NCBI GenBank assembly: GCA_963803975.1
Contig: CAWDOY010000009.1
Span: forward strand, 1-64,000
Source of the DNA: an uncultured delta proteobacterium
Lineage (GTDB): Bacteria > Desulfobacterota > WTBG01 > CAIYCZ01
Length of the DNA stretch: 64,000 nucleotides
Direction: 5' to 3'
The translations under genes and the position numbers were made by a program. Positions 9,309-19,572 of the stretch are shown here, piece by piece (the first letter of the stretch is position 1; every line of letters begins with the position of its first letter). The notes below the pieces were generated by a model that was not told the origin of the DNA, searched no databases, and saw only the letters and a list, made by a program, of their open reading frames with translations.

Positions 9309-10796
9309 CTAATGGTTGGAAGCGAGTGCGGGCAAAAAGACGGTAAAGGTCGTACCCCTGTTCAGGCTGCTCTCTGCTGAAATGGTTCCATGGTGTGCTT
9401 CTACAATGGATTTGGCAATGCTTAAACCAAGGCCAAACCCGCTGCTGCTCCGTGCTTTATCCACCCGGTAAAAGCGATTAAAAATATGGGGCAGTTCCGC
9501 TGGCGGGATGCCGATGCCGGTATCCTGTACGGTAATGTGCACCGTATCCGCTGCTGCAGCGGCAGCTGACACCGACACTGCTCCATGCGGCGGAGTATAT
9601 TTTATGGCATTATCCAGGAGGTTGAGAAAAACCTGCTTCAGCTTCTGCTCATCTCCCGGTATCATGAGGGCCTCATCTGCCAGGAGGGTAAGCGACAGGG
9701 TTTTTTCGCGGGCCAGGCCTGCCATGTCTTCCACTGCTGCCCGCAGCACCCGCTGCAGATTAAACTCCTTGACGTCAAGTCCTGTTGCCTGATCTTCGAC
9801 GCGGGCCAGCAGTAATAAATTTTCCACAATGCTGCTGATCCGCCGTATCTCCTCCAGGCTGCTTTCCAACACCTCTTCATACTCGATAACCGGGCGGATT
9901 CTTTTCAGGGTCACCTCCAGCTCGCCTTGTAAAATAGTCAGCGGCGTCTTCAGCTCATGGGATGCATCCTGAATAAAGTGTTTCTGGGAGGAGAATGCCT
10001 TCTCCAGCCGGTCAAGCATATCGTTAAACGTTGCTGCCAGCCTTTCAATCTCATCCCGGGTGCCGGGCATCTGGATGCGCAATTTCAGATTCTCGGCAGT
10101 GATTTTCTGTACTGTCTTTATGATTCGATCAACCGGATTGAGGGTAATTTTTGCCAGAAACGCACCAATGATACCGGTAACAAAAATGGCCAGGGGCAGC
10201 AGCACAAAAAGTATTTCCTTAAAGTCATCAAGCGCCCCCTGTATGGTATCCAGAGGACAGGCCACCTGCACGATATACATGATGTCCTTATCCTGAAAAA
10301 CAGGCTTGGTCAAAACCCGCACGGTGAGATCTACGGCGTCGGGAAATGCAAAGGTGGTGGTATCAAAGCGGTGTGTTCCCTGCAGGGCGGTGGTAAAAAA
10401 ATCCCGGGAAAAGGTAATATTGCCGGGGATATTTTTTGAGGAAACCAGAATGGTGCCTTTTGCGTCAAAAATCTGCACGATAATATTCAACAGCTCAGGC
10501 GCGTTGGATTCTTCATCGACCCAGAGCCGCGCAATTTTTGAAAAATTAACAGTATCAATTTTTTTTACGGCATCGGTCTTTTTCCCTGCCTTTTTTACCT
10601 GCAGTTTTTCAACTTCCCAGTAGGTATCAATGGAATCCTCAATGCCCTCGGCCCGGGATTGCAGCAGGTTATCAGCATTGCGGTACAGGTCATTCTGTAA
10701 TTTATTATAGAGCACTATGGTGAACACGGTAATCGTCAGCGTCAGCAGTACCATGTACAGCAGAATGATCTTAAACCGTATGGTGCGGAACAACAT
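9309..10796 (-). CDS. Sensor histidine kinase (HAMP-HisKA-HATPase, CusS-like)
   Basis: Two TM helices; DASHELKTPL H-box; NLLDNAIKYT; DTGIGI; FYRVD; GFGLGL. Confidence 0.95.
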   Translation of the reverse strand: MLFRTIRFKIILLYMVLLTLTITVFTIVLYNKLQNDLYRNADNLLQSRAEGIEDSIDTYWEVEKLQVKKAGKKTDAVKKIDTVNFSKIARLWVDEESNAPELLNIIVQIFDAKGTILVSSKNIPGNITFSRDFFTTALQGTHRFDTTTFAFPDAVDLTVRVLTKPVFQDKDIMYIVQVACPLDTIQGALDDFKEILFVLLPLAIFVTGIIGAFLAKITLNPVDRIIKTVQKITAENLKLRIQMPGTRDEIERLAATFNDMLDRLEKAFSSQKHFIQDASHELKTPLTILQGELEVTLKRIRPVIEYEEVLESSLEEIRRISSIVENLLLLARVEDQATGLDVKEFNLQRVLRAAVEDMAGLAREKTLSLTLLADEALMIPGDEQKLKQVFLNLLDNAIKYTPPHGAVSVSAAAAAADTVHITVQDTGIGIPPAELPHIFNRFYRVDKARSSSGFGLGLSIAKSIVEAHHGTISAESSLNRGTTFTVFLPALASNH

Positions 10797-10802
10797 ATAG
10801 CA

Positions 10803-11469
10803 TCAGTCCTTTATCATGTAGCCCCTGCCGCGGATTGTATGGATCAGCTTTTTTTCGTACCCCGAATCAATCTTATTGCGCAGGTAGTTGATATACACAT
10901 CGATGATATTCGTGCTGGTATCAAAGTCAATCTCCCAGACATGCTCGGCAATCATGGTCCTGGTAACCACTTTCGCCGGCATTCCTCATGAGATATTCCA
11001 GCAGCGCATACTCTTTCATGGTCAGAACGATCTCGTGGCCGCTGCGCGCTGCCGAGTGGGCCGCCACATCAAGCACCAGGTCCCCCGCCTGCAGCCTGGT
11101 CTCATGCCTCACGCCCTTTCGCAGCAGGGCACGGATGCGTGCCTGCAGCTCTGCAAAGGCAAACGGCTTGGTCAGGTAATCATCCGCCCCGGAATCAAGG
11201 CCCTTCACCTTATCCTGCACCGAGTCTTTGGCCGTAAGCATCAGGACCGGGGTAGCTATGCCATCGTGGCGCAGCTGCCGGCACAGCGTTATGCCGTCTT
11301 TTTTAGGAAGCATAACATCAAGGATAATGAGGTCATACTCATTTTCCGCTGTCAGCCGGTAGCCTTCTTCACCATCAAAGGCCGTATCAACCGTATATCC
11401 TTCTTCTTTGAGACCCCGCTTGATGAAGGAAGCAATTTTACGTTCATCTTCAATGACCAGTATGCGCAT
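10803..11469 (-). CDS. OmpR-family response regulator (frame change near 10975)
   Basis: MRILVIEDE, LDVMLP, DDYLTKPF. The other frame gives NIIDVYINYLRNKID...IHTIRGRGY and a stop at 10803. Confidence 0.92.
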
Positions 11470-11689
11470 CAGGTTATACCCTCGGGTATGTGTAATCGTT
11501 GGAACCAGCCCGGCACTGTTCTGCGCCGATGCTTTTTGCGAAAATAGCAGAGCAGCGCGAGGAAAATCAAAGCAAAGTTGAAGACAAAGGGATTGACAGG
11601 AGAGGAAAAATTGGTAAAGATGAGAAACTCGTAGCTATCAGCATTCAGCCGTTCGGCTTTCAGCTATATTAAAATAAAAGATTCTATTT

Positions 11690-12838
11690 ATGGACTTTGA
11701 ACTAACCAAACAGCAGAAGCTTGCCCGGCACGTGGCGCGGGAATTCGCTCAGCAGGAGCTTGAGCCCCGCGCCCAGGAACTGGATGCAACCATGGCCTTC
11801 CCCCGGGACGCCGTGCAGAAAATGGCCGGCCTCGGGTTCATGGGGATTTCCATCCCGAAAGAGTACGGCGGCGCGGGGCTTGACACCGTGAGCTATACCC
11901 TGATCATTGAAGAGCTTGCCCGGGCCTGCGCATCAACCGCCATAATCGTTGCCGTGCATAACTCGGTATGCGCCTATCCCATACATCTCCTCGGCACTGA
12001 AGAGCAGAAACAGAAATACCTCGTGCCTCTGGCGCGGGGCCAAAAGCTTGGCGCCTTCGCCCTAACCGAGCCGAATGCCGGCTCAGACCCGGCATCGATT
12101 GAAACCACGGCTGAGCTGCGGGGCAAACACTATATCCTGAACGGCACCAAGATATTTATCACCAGCGGCGCAAGCTCTGACATCGTGATGGTCATGGCAT
12201 CAACCGACCGCGCGAAAAGGGGCCGGGGCATCACGTGCTTTATCGTGGAAAAAGGGTTGAAGGGATTCTCGGTCGGAAAGAAGGAGGATAAGCTCGGCAT
12301 ACGGGGATCTGACACCTGCGAGCTTATCTTTGAAAACTGCGCGGTGCCGGCTGAAAATGTCCTGGGCAGCCCGGGAGAGGGGCTCACCAGCGCCCTCACC
12401 ACCCTTGATACCGGAAGAATCGGCGTCGGGGCGCAGGCTCTGGGAGTTGCCCAGGCAGCTCTCGACGAATCCGTCAGATACAGCAAAGAGCGCAAACAGT
12501 TCGGCAAACCCCTGGCGGATTTCCAGGCCATCCAGTGGATGATCGCTGACATGGCGACTGAAATCGCCGCCGCGCGGTTTCTCGTGCACCAGGCAGCGTG
12601 GCTCAAGGACCAGGGACGGCCGTTTTCAACCGAAGGCTCCATGGCCAAGCTCTATGCCTCTGAGGTTGCCATGCGCGCCGCTTTAAAAGCGGTCCAGATT
12701 CACGGCGGCTACGGGTGCATGAAAGACTACAAAGTCGAGCGCTTTCTGCGCGATGCCAAGGTAATAGAAATTTACGAAGGCACATCTGAAATCCAGCGGC
12801 TCATTATCGCGCGGAATGTCATAGGCAAAAGAATTTAA
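11690..12838 (+). CDS. Acyl-CoA dehydrogenase (short-chain / butyryl-CoA type)
   Basis: FALTEPNAGSD, LNGTKIFIT, KLGIRGS, RKQFGK, QIHGGYG and IYEGTSEIQR. Confidence 0.95.
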   Translation: MDFELTKQQKLARHVAREFAQQELEPRAQELDATMAFPRDAVQKMAGLGFMGISIPKEYGGAGLDTVSYTLIIEELARACASTAIIVAVHNSVCAYPIHLLGTEEQKQKYLVPLARGQKLGAFALTEPNAGSDPASIETTAELRGKHYILNGTKIFITSGASSDIVMVMASTDRAKRGRGITCFIVEKGLKGFSVGKKEDKLGIRGSDTCELIFENCAVPAENVLGSPGEGLTSALTTLDTGRIGVGAQALGVAQAALDESVRYSKERKQFGKPLADFQAIQWMIADMATEIAAARFLVHQAAWLKDQGRPFSTEGSMAKLYASEVAMRAALKAVQIHGGYGCMKDYKVERFLRDAKVIEIYEGTSEIQRLIIARNVIGKRI

Positions 12839-12851
12839 ATCCTGACCAAAT

Positions 12852-12970
12852 AAGTTCAAATATCAAAATCCAAATGACAAATAAAGTTCAAATACTAAAA
12901 TCCAAATTTTATAAGGAGTCATTTGAGTTTTGATATTCATTTGGCATTTGAACTTTGGCCTTTGTCATTT
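12852..12970. repeat. AT-rich imperfect hairpin made of short CAAAT/ATTTG units (copy 1)
   Basis: AAGTTCAAATAxxAAAATCCAAAT twice at a 32-bp period, then complementary ATTTGAGTTTTGATATT, ATTTGAACTTT and TTTGTCATTT. Confidence 0.8.
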
Positions 12971-13016
12971 ATATCTGGTTAGAATACGTGTTTAGATTTT
13001 TTTCGGAAAAATATAG

Positions 13017-13824
13017 ATGCCCAGGAAGAAAGACCTCCACATCATCGTAACCATCAAGCAGGTCCCGGACACCCACGAGGTGCGGATCGACCCGAAGACC
13101 AACTCCCTCATCAGGGAAGGGGTCCCGAGCATAGTAAACCCTGAAGACCGCAACGCGGTTGAGGCGGCCCTGCAGCTCAGGGAAAAGCACGGGGGGAGCA
13201 TTACGGTGCTGACCATGGGGCCGCCCCAGGCGGAAGACGCCCTTGCCGAGGCCCTTGCCATGGGAGTCGACCGGGCAGTGCTTCTTACCGACCGCGCCTT
13301 TGCCGGCGCTGACACCCTGGTCACGGCCTTTACCCTGTCGCGGGCGATCCGCAGACTTGACGCGTTTCAGCTCATCATCTGCGGCCGCCAGGCAATCGAT
13401 GGCGATACCGCGCAGGTCGGGCCGCAGCTGGCAGGGTTTTTAAATATCCCCCAGGTGACCTACGCAACAAAACTCGCACTGAAAGACAGCCTCCTGACCG
13501 CTGAGCGCTCTCTTGAGGACACCATGGAAACCGTACAGGTGAAGCTGCCGGCACTTGTTACCGTGACGGGAGACATCAACCAGCCCCGGAATCTGTCCTT
13601 GTATAATATTATAGATGCCTGCAGCGGCAGCCGTATCACCCGCCTGGCAGGCAAAAGACCTTGACGTGCCCCATGACATGCTCGGTCTCTCCGCCTCGCC
13701 CACCTGGGTGAAAAAAATCTTCACGCCGGAGCAGCAGAAAAAGGGAATGATTATCCCCGGCACTGAAAAAGAGATGGTGAAAACCCTGCTTGATAAACTG
13801 AAGGAACTGAATTTTATCCAATAA
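13017..13824 (+). CDS. etfB: Electron transfer flavoprotein beta subunit (frame change near 13645)
   Basis: IKQVPDT, TMGPPQA, AGADTL, GRQAIDGDTAQVGP; C-terminus GLSASPTWV in ORF 13615-13824. Confidence 0.93.
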
Positions 13825-13829
13825 TTATG

Positions 13830-13903
13830 CTCCCCTCCTTACCAAGGAGGGGCTGGGGGAGGTATCGTTCTCCCCTCCTTGCCAAGGAGGGGTCGGGGGA
13901 GGT
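13830..13903 (+). repeat. Doublet of ~34-bp REP-like palindromes upstream of DUF559
   Basis: CTCCCCTCCTT(a/g)CCAAGGAGGGGnnGGGGGAGGT at 13830 and 13870. Confidence 0.92.
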
Positions 13904-13919
13904 CTTCCAAGCCGGTACA

Positions 13920-14283
13920 ATGACAAGGCTCTTTAACAGAACCGCGGAAAAAGAAAAAAGAAGAGCATTGCGAAATGACATGCCGGAGCCGGAGAAACGC
14001 ATCTGGGCACGGCTCAGGGCTAGAGCAGCTGAATGGCTGCAAGTTTCGGAGACAATACAGCATTGGAAAATTTATAGTGGACTTTTACTGTCCGGAAGCA
14101 AAGCTTGCCATAGAAATTGACGGGGATACTCATTTTACTCAAGAGCTAAGACCGTATGATACTGCGAGGCAAAAATATATCGAATCTAAAGGAATTCATT
14201 TTTTACGTTTCACTAACAAAGATATTACTGAAAATATTGACGGGGTGCTCGTGCATATAGCAGCTTCCCTCAAGCACGAATAA
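13920..14283 (+). CDS. DUF559 / Vsr-like endonuclease (frame change near 14022)
   Basis: RRALRNDMPEPEKRIWARLR followed by KFRRQY.IGKFIVDFYC...LAIEIDGDTH...FLRFTN. Confidence 0.9.
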
Positions 14284-14286
14284 TTC

Positions 14287-14407
14287 ACCCCCTCCTGCTC
14301 CCCCTTGAAAATGGGGAGAGACCTAAATTGATCTTTCCCCTCCTTACCAAGGAGGGGCTGGGGGAGGTATCGTCTCCCCTCCTTACCAAGGAGGGGTTGG
14401 GGGAGGT
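14287..14407. repeat. One inverted divergent palindrome plus a second direct doublet downstream of DUF559
   Basis: ACCCCCTCCTGCTCCCCCTTGAAAATGGGGAGAG at 14287-14320; direct copies at 14336 and 14374. Confidence 0.9.
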
Positions 14408-14451
14408 CTTTAATTTTAACTCCGTGCTCTCTGTGGTTAATTTTTAAGATT

Positions 14452-15634
14452 ATGATTAAACTTATCCCCGAAAAATGTGTAGCGTGCAAGCAGTGCATCA
14501 AGATCTGCCCGTTCGGCGCCATACAGCTTGAAGGTAAAACGCCGGTCCTGACAGATGCCTGCACCGGATGCGGGGCATGCGTGGACGCGTGCCGCTTTGA
14601 AGCGATTGTGCTCTCTGCTAAAAAAAGCCCGGGCATGAAACACCTCGACACGTATCGGGGCATCTGGGTCATTGCCGAGCAGCGCGACAGCACCGTCCAT
14701 CCGGTCACACTTGAGCTGCTGGGAAAAGCGCGCGAGCTTGCGCAGCTGCGCTCAACCGGGGTTGCGGCAGTTCTTCTGGGCGCCGGCATTTCCGATCTTT
14801 CCCCGCTTCTCATCCGCCATGGCGCTGACCTGGTCTATACCGGCGATGCGCCGCTTTTGAAGCATTACCGCACCCTGCCCTACGCGCGCATCATCGCTGA
14901 GCTCATCGTAGCCCACAAGCCGGAGACCGTGCTCTTTGGCGCCACCACCATGGGCAGGGACCTTGCGCCCCGGATCGCCAACCGGCTCGGCACCGGCCTC
15001 ACCGCTGACTGCACCGGCCTCGCGATAAGCCCTGAAGACGGCGCACTCCTGCAGACCCGGCCCGCGTTTGGCGGCAACATCATGGCAACCATCGCCTGCC
15101 CCGGCCACCGCCCGCAGATGGCAACGGTGCGGCCCGGCGTGATGCAGGCGCTGTGCATGCCTGAGCGGACCGGCGAGACAGTTCCCGTTGAAGTGAAAGA
15201 AAAACCAGGAGACAGTCTCCTTGAAATTATCAAGCGGGTGAAAAAAGAGCGCTCGAGCGTAGAGCTGGAAAAAGCCCAAATCATTGTCTCAGGCGGCAGG
15301 GGACTGGGTGCAGCGGGAAACTTTAAGTTAATAAAAAAACTGGCTGCTGTTTTAGAGGCCGAGGTCGGCGCTTCGCGGGCAGTGGTTGATATGGGGTGGA
15401 TCAACCGCGATCACCAGGTCGGCCAGACCGGAAAAACCGTGCGGCCGATCCTCTACATTGCCTGCGGCATCTCCGGAGCGGTGCAGCACCTTGCCGGCAT
15501 GCAGAGCTCTGATATCATTGTTGCCATTAATAAAGACCCCAAGGCCCCCATCGTCAGCGTCGCGCAACTTTGCCCTCATCGGCGACCTGAACCGCATCAT
15601 ACCTGAGATGATTAATCAACTGCAAAGCAAGTAG
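14452..15634 (+). CDS. etfA: Electron transfer flavoprotein alpha subunit with N-terminal 2x[4Fe-4S] domain (frame change near 15565)
   Basis: CVACKQCIKICP and CTGCGACVDAC; GLTADCT; RPAFGGN; QVGQTGK; GISGAVQH; AINKD. Confidence 0.93.
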
Positions 15635-15802
15635 ATTGCTGCGTCCCGATATTCCGGCAGCGGCCAGCTCAAGCTTTGTTGTGGATCACTATGCCCTGCA
15701 ATGCGGACGATGTGAAGATGCGCTTTATGAGGCGCTTACAGCGCACCAGCTATAGACTTTGCACAACCTGCGGTCTGTAATTCAACAAAATGGGCGCTGT
15801 CA

Positions 15803-16046
15803 TTATTGTTTTTGCTTTAAGCCCTGTTGGAATAGTCGCATGCGCTGTGCCAGTTCTCCATCAAGATATGATAATTTTTTTTGTTCTTCAAGAGCACTGT
15901 TTTTCTCGCCTATTTGTAAATATGCAAGCCCCAGGTTATTATGCGCATCAGCATGATCCGGGTTCAGCCTGATAGCCTCCTTGTAAGTTGTCATTGCTTC
16001 CTCATAGAGGCCTGATTCGCAGAAAAAGATTCCCAAGTAGGGGTAT
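15803..16046 (-). pseudogene. C-terminal fragment of a TPR protein, truncated at an element end
   Basis: YEEAMTTYKEAIRLNPDHADAHNNLGLAY TPR. The frame begins exactly at the GGGGTCAAACC motif. Confidence 0.7.
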
Positions 16047-16110
16047 GGGGTCAAACCGCAACTATCAACTATTTATCCCTGCAACTCTTTTTTCAAAATA
16101 TTTCAAGCAC
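16047..16110. mobile_element. Remnant end of a RAYT-type element
   Basis: GGGGTCAAACCGCAACTATCAACTATTTATCCCTGCAACTCTTTTT matches 38818-38866, including the last transposase codons. Confidence 0.8.
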
Positions 16111-16150
16111 TCAAAGCACATCTTGAACCTTTGCTGCTTTGTGAAAGGCA

Positions 16151-17095
16151 TTAAGCATGTGATTGGCTCAATGCCTTTTCGTACCATTCAGTTTTCATCA
16201 ATTCTTTAAATCCGACCGATTTGTAAAGGCGAAGCCCCCCCCGGTTCTCACCGTCCGCTGTTAATTCGACGATGGTGATACCGTTGCTTTTGAGATATGA
16301 CAACCCGGCCAGCAGAACTTTTCGACCGATACCCTTTTTTTGGAAATCAGGATCTACCCCCAGCATATGGATCTCGCCGGTCATTATCCCTGCCGCTCGA
16401 TTCTTTTCACTAAGCATCCGTGTCCAGCAGTACCCGACGGGTTTATCTCCCCGGTAGGCCATGATGATATTTTTCGGAGAGCAGCTGCTTAGATTGATGC
16501 GGTAAGCAATTTCATCCCGCGTATTGGGATTAAAACCCCAGGCATCCGCAAACGAGCGGTTCTGTATATCGGTTAACAGCTGCTCTTCACCCTGCTTGAG
16601 ATTGCGGATGATATATGCTCCCGGCGTGCCATCAGGGAGTTGCATGGCAGCGAGGTCCAGCTTAAACACAATGAATCTGCGGACATATCGAAGCCCCAGG
16701 ACTGACACAAAATTCCTGGCCGCCAGGTTGGTTTCCGCTATGCATACCTGAACGACCTTAACCCCTGTTTTTTTTGCATATTGGATGGCGCGGTCAAACA
16801 GTTCAGTTGCAATACCCTTGTTTCTGTGCAGCGGATGGACCAGACCATCCAGCAGCGCGCGGCCAATACCCGGTTCCAGGAAAATGGCGACATAGCCGAC
16901 TAAACGTCCGCCGCGCTCTGCGATAAACAGATCACTGTGCGGGTGAAAACTGGGATGCCCCAGATTCTCTGCTAAACGCTGCTTTGAAATATGGCGTCCG
17001 GATCGATCGCGCTTTTCAGTCGCAACCTGCAATCGGACATAGTCGTCAAAGTCACTCGGGCGATAGTTTCTAACTATGAAATCGGGTTTCTTCAT
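16151..17095 (-). CDS. Tandem-GNAT acetyltransferase (MshD-like architecture)
   Basis: Two GNAT domains with VHPLHRNKGIA and VDPDFQKKGIG acetyl-CoA motifs. Confidence 0.88.
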   Translation of the reverse strand: MKKPDFIVRNYRPSDFDDYVRLQVATEKRDRSGRHISKQRLAENLGHPSFHPHSDLFIAERGGRLVGYVAIFLEPGIGRALLDGLVHPLHRNKGIATELFDRAIQYAKKTGVKVVQVCIAETNLAARNFVSVLGLRYVRRFIVFKLDLAAMQLPDGTPGAYIIRNLKQGEEQLLTDIQNRSFADAWGFNPNTRDEIAYRINLSSCSPKNIIMAYRGDKPVGYCWTRMLSEKNRAAGIMTGEIHMLGVDPDFQKKGIGRKVLLAGLSYLKSNGITIVELTADGENRGGLRLYKSVGFKELMKTEWYEKALSQSHA

Positions 17096-17277
17096 TTTAT
17101 TGTAAGATTCTATATCATAAAAACAGCAGCAAATAAAAACACAAACTTTTTCAACAACCTGTTCGGAGAAGCTTTTAACCGGGTTGGGATCATTTGGTAA
17201 GGGATGCTTTTTGATGCTAAAAAAGTTTCACGAGCCGGGGCTACATAGCGGTAAGGCACGGATGATGTAAAATCTGG

Positions 17278-17919
17278 CTATGATGAAAGCCACACAACAT
17301 CCCCGCAAAGCTTCGGGTCATGGGGTTTTGAGGAAAAAATATCGAAATTCTGTTTTTCTTTTTTGAGAGTTGTAGCGCCGCCGTGCCCGGGATACACTTC
17401 CGTCTCATCCGGAAGCACAAAAATTTTACTCGTTAAGGATTCAACGATTTGCTTAAACGCAGCGGGGGACCATGTTTTTCCCGGCCCTCCCGGAAAAATC
17501 GTATCGCCTGATATTAAATAGCTGCCCGTCAGAAAGCACAGGCTGCCAGGGGTGTGCCCCGGCGTATGCAATACGGTGATTTGAATTTCTCCAATCGATA
17601 CCACGTCGCCGTCACTTAAATTTTGATCAGGCTCCAGCGGCAAATTACCGGCATCGGCACTGTGTACCGCAACCGGAACGCTCAGCTTTGATTTTAACTC
17701 CAAAAGCGCACCGACATGATCCATGTGATTGTGGGTCATCAGGATGCATTTGGGATTTGTGCCTTTGAGTCGTTCCAGAATTTTGTCTGCTTCTCCCGGG
17801 GCATCGACGACAGCGCTCATGCTTGTTTTGGGGCAGGTTAAAATATAGGTATTGGTGCCGAAGGGCCCCAATTCAAGTTTTTCAATCCGGATGCTTTCAT
17901 TTTTTACGACAACTGCCAT
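17278..17919 (-). CDS. MBL-fold metallo-hydrolase (glyoxalase II-like)
   Basis: THNHMDHVGA, HTPGHTPGS, SGDTIF and YPGHG; GGAAGGT RBS before ATG 17919. Confidence 0.9.
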   Translation of the reverse strand: MAVVVKNESIRIEKLELGPFGTNTYILTCPKTSMSAVVDAPGEADKILERLKGTNPKCILMTHNHMDHVGALLELKSKLSVPVAVHSADAGNLPLEPDQNLSDGDVVSIGEIQITVLHTPGHTPGSLCFLTGSYLISGDTIFPGGPGKTWSPAAFKQIVESLTSKIFVLPDETEVYPGHGGATTLKKEKQNFDIFSSKPHDPKLCGDVVWLSS

Positions 17920-18379
17920 TTTATACCTTCCTGGCTTAGTGCTTCGATTCGCAAATACGGTAACGTATGGGATCCAAAGAAATGTCTTGCAATGCTCACT
18001 CAGCCCTAAAATTTGCACCCCTTTAATTTTTAAGCGCGGCTATTAAAATCACACGACTGCCCGTAATGGCCGCACTTCACGCGTCACCTGCCAAACAAAA
18101 CCAGATCCCTCTCGCCTTATCTATATAAAAAAAGCAATCCTAAGTAATACTGAATGCTTCGATGGCTGATGTCTTAAAAAATGTCTTTTACTTTTAGTAG
18201 TGATAGCGCGCCTGGAGGAAATCGATACGGTCGTCGCTGACGACATACACAATGCAATGTTCCTTGGTAAGACGTGTGATATACCTTGACAGCAATTGCC
18301 AATATTATATAGGCTCCGGCTTCCAATACCGGAAAAGGGTGCGCACAAAACGCTTCTGCTTTGCGGACAGCTATACTGA

Positions 18380-18642
18380 GATCAACCGCAAGACTTTAGA
18401 TCTTCGGAGATTTGGCTGGAAGACATCGTGGCAAATTTGAATTAGTGCTGGAGGGGCATGAGACTGCTGCAGAAAAGAGATTCGCGACACGCGGAATGAT
18501 CTCAGCGAAAAGATTGAATTGAATCTCTTCCCTGATTAACGTGCTGAATAAAAAAATTGATGGTGTAGCTGCCGATCTTACTGCGCACCGTGCCGACACG
18601 GAACGTCACAGCACATATAAGGTTTCGGAAAATAAAAAATAA
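18380..18642 (+). pseudogene. Degraded or frameshifted small coiled-coil hypothetical protein
   Basis: Pieces in different frames read FELVLEGHE / EIRDTRNDLSEKIE / NKKIDGVAADLTAHRADTE...ENKK*. Confidence 0.45.
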
Positions 18643-18885
18643 ACCGGCGGGGTCTCAGTAACAAAAGGACTAACAGAGGACGGGATTTTTTAAAAACCGT
18701 CTCTTTTAATTTATGACAACAGTAACTTTCAGCTTATCATCCATAGCTGAGACAATAGAAAAAATTGAATAAGAAAGATTTAGAAACGCTATCCCTCTTG
18801 CTGACTGATCAGAAAAAATAATTACTGCAGAGAAAGAAGGACTTAATAAAGAGAAAAGTAAAAACCGTATCCCGGGATGAGGTTT

Positions 18886-19572
18886 TTACCCTCTCTCCCC
18901 GAATATAGCCGTCCCAATCCGCACCAGGGTTGCCCCTTCTTCAATAGCTATTTCAAAATCACCTGACATGCCCATGGAGAGTTCTTTAAGTGAGACATTG
19001 GGTATCTTTTCATTGGCCAGCTCATCCCGCAGTTTTCGCAGGGCAATAAAGTACGGCCGTGCCTCTTCCGGGTTTTCAAACCACGGCGGCATGGTCATGA
19101 GCCCCTGAACAGAGAGACTGGGAAGCAGCGCGACCTCCTGCAGCAGCTGCCGCGTGCCGGCAGCGTCAATCCCTGATTTTGTCTCCTCACCGGAAATATT
19201 TACCTGGATGAGCACCGGCAGTATCTTATTTCTTTTCCCGGCTTCCTTGTTAAGCTCTTGCGCCAGGGTCATCCGGTCAACCGAGTGAATCAGGGAGAAC
19301 AGTTCAGCCGCAGATTTTGCCTTGTTTGACTGCAAATGGCCGATGAAGTGCCACTCCGCCTGCCCGCCAAGAAGCGCAATTTTCTCCCGCGCCTCCTGTA
19401 TATAATTTTCACCCAGTATCATTGCGCCGGCGTTCAGTGCTTCCCGTATAACTTCCGCAGAGACGGTCTTGGAAACAGCAACCAGTCGAATCTCATCAGG
19501 CTGTCTGTTGCAACGCAGTGCCGCCTGCTTCATCCGCTCGCGTACACATGCAAGGTTATCTGCTATGGCCAT
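18886..19572 (-). CDS. yggS: PLP homeostasis protein, YggS/PROSC family
   Basis: LVAVSKT, GENYIQE, WHFIGHLQSNK, LSMGMSGD and VRIGTAIFG. Confidence 0.96.
   Translation of the reverse strand: MAIADNLACVRERMKQAALRCNRQPDEIRLVAVSKTVSAEVIREALNAGAMILGENYIQEAREKIALLGGQAEWHFIGHLQSNKAKSAAELFSLIHSVDRMTLAQELNKEAGKRNKILPVLIQVNISGEETKSGIDAAGTRQLLQEVALLPSLSVQGLMTMPPWFENPEEARPYFIALRKLRDELANEKIPNVSLKELSMGMSGDFEIAIEEGATLVRIGTAIFGERG

Noticed and set aside
13827..13919. Upstream ATG extension of DUF559
   Set aside because: It is a translation of the palindromic repeats; family similarity starts at ATG 13920.
13830..14407. CRISPR array
   Set aside because: Units are separated by only 5-6 bp or by a whole gene; there are no unique spacers and no cas genes.
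17146..17161. Second MITE copy (TTTTTCAACAACCTG)
   Set aside because: Only one end-like 15-mer, with no partner end or internal similarity.
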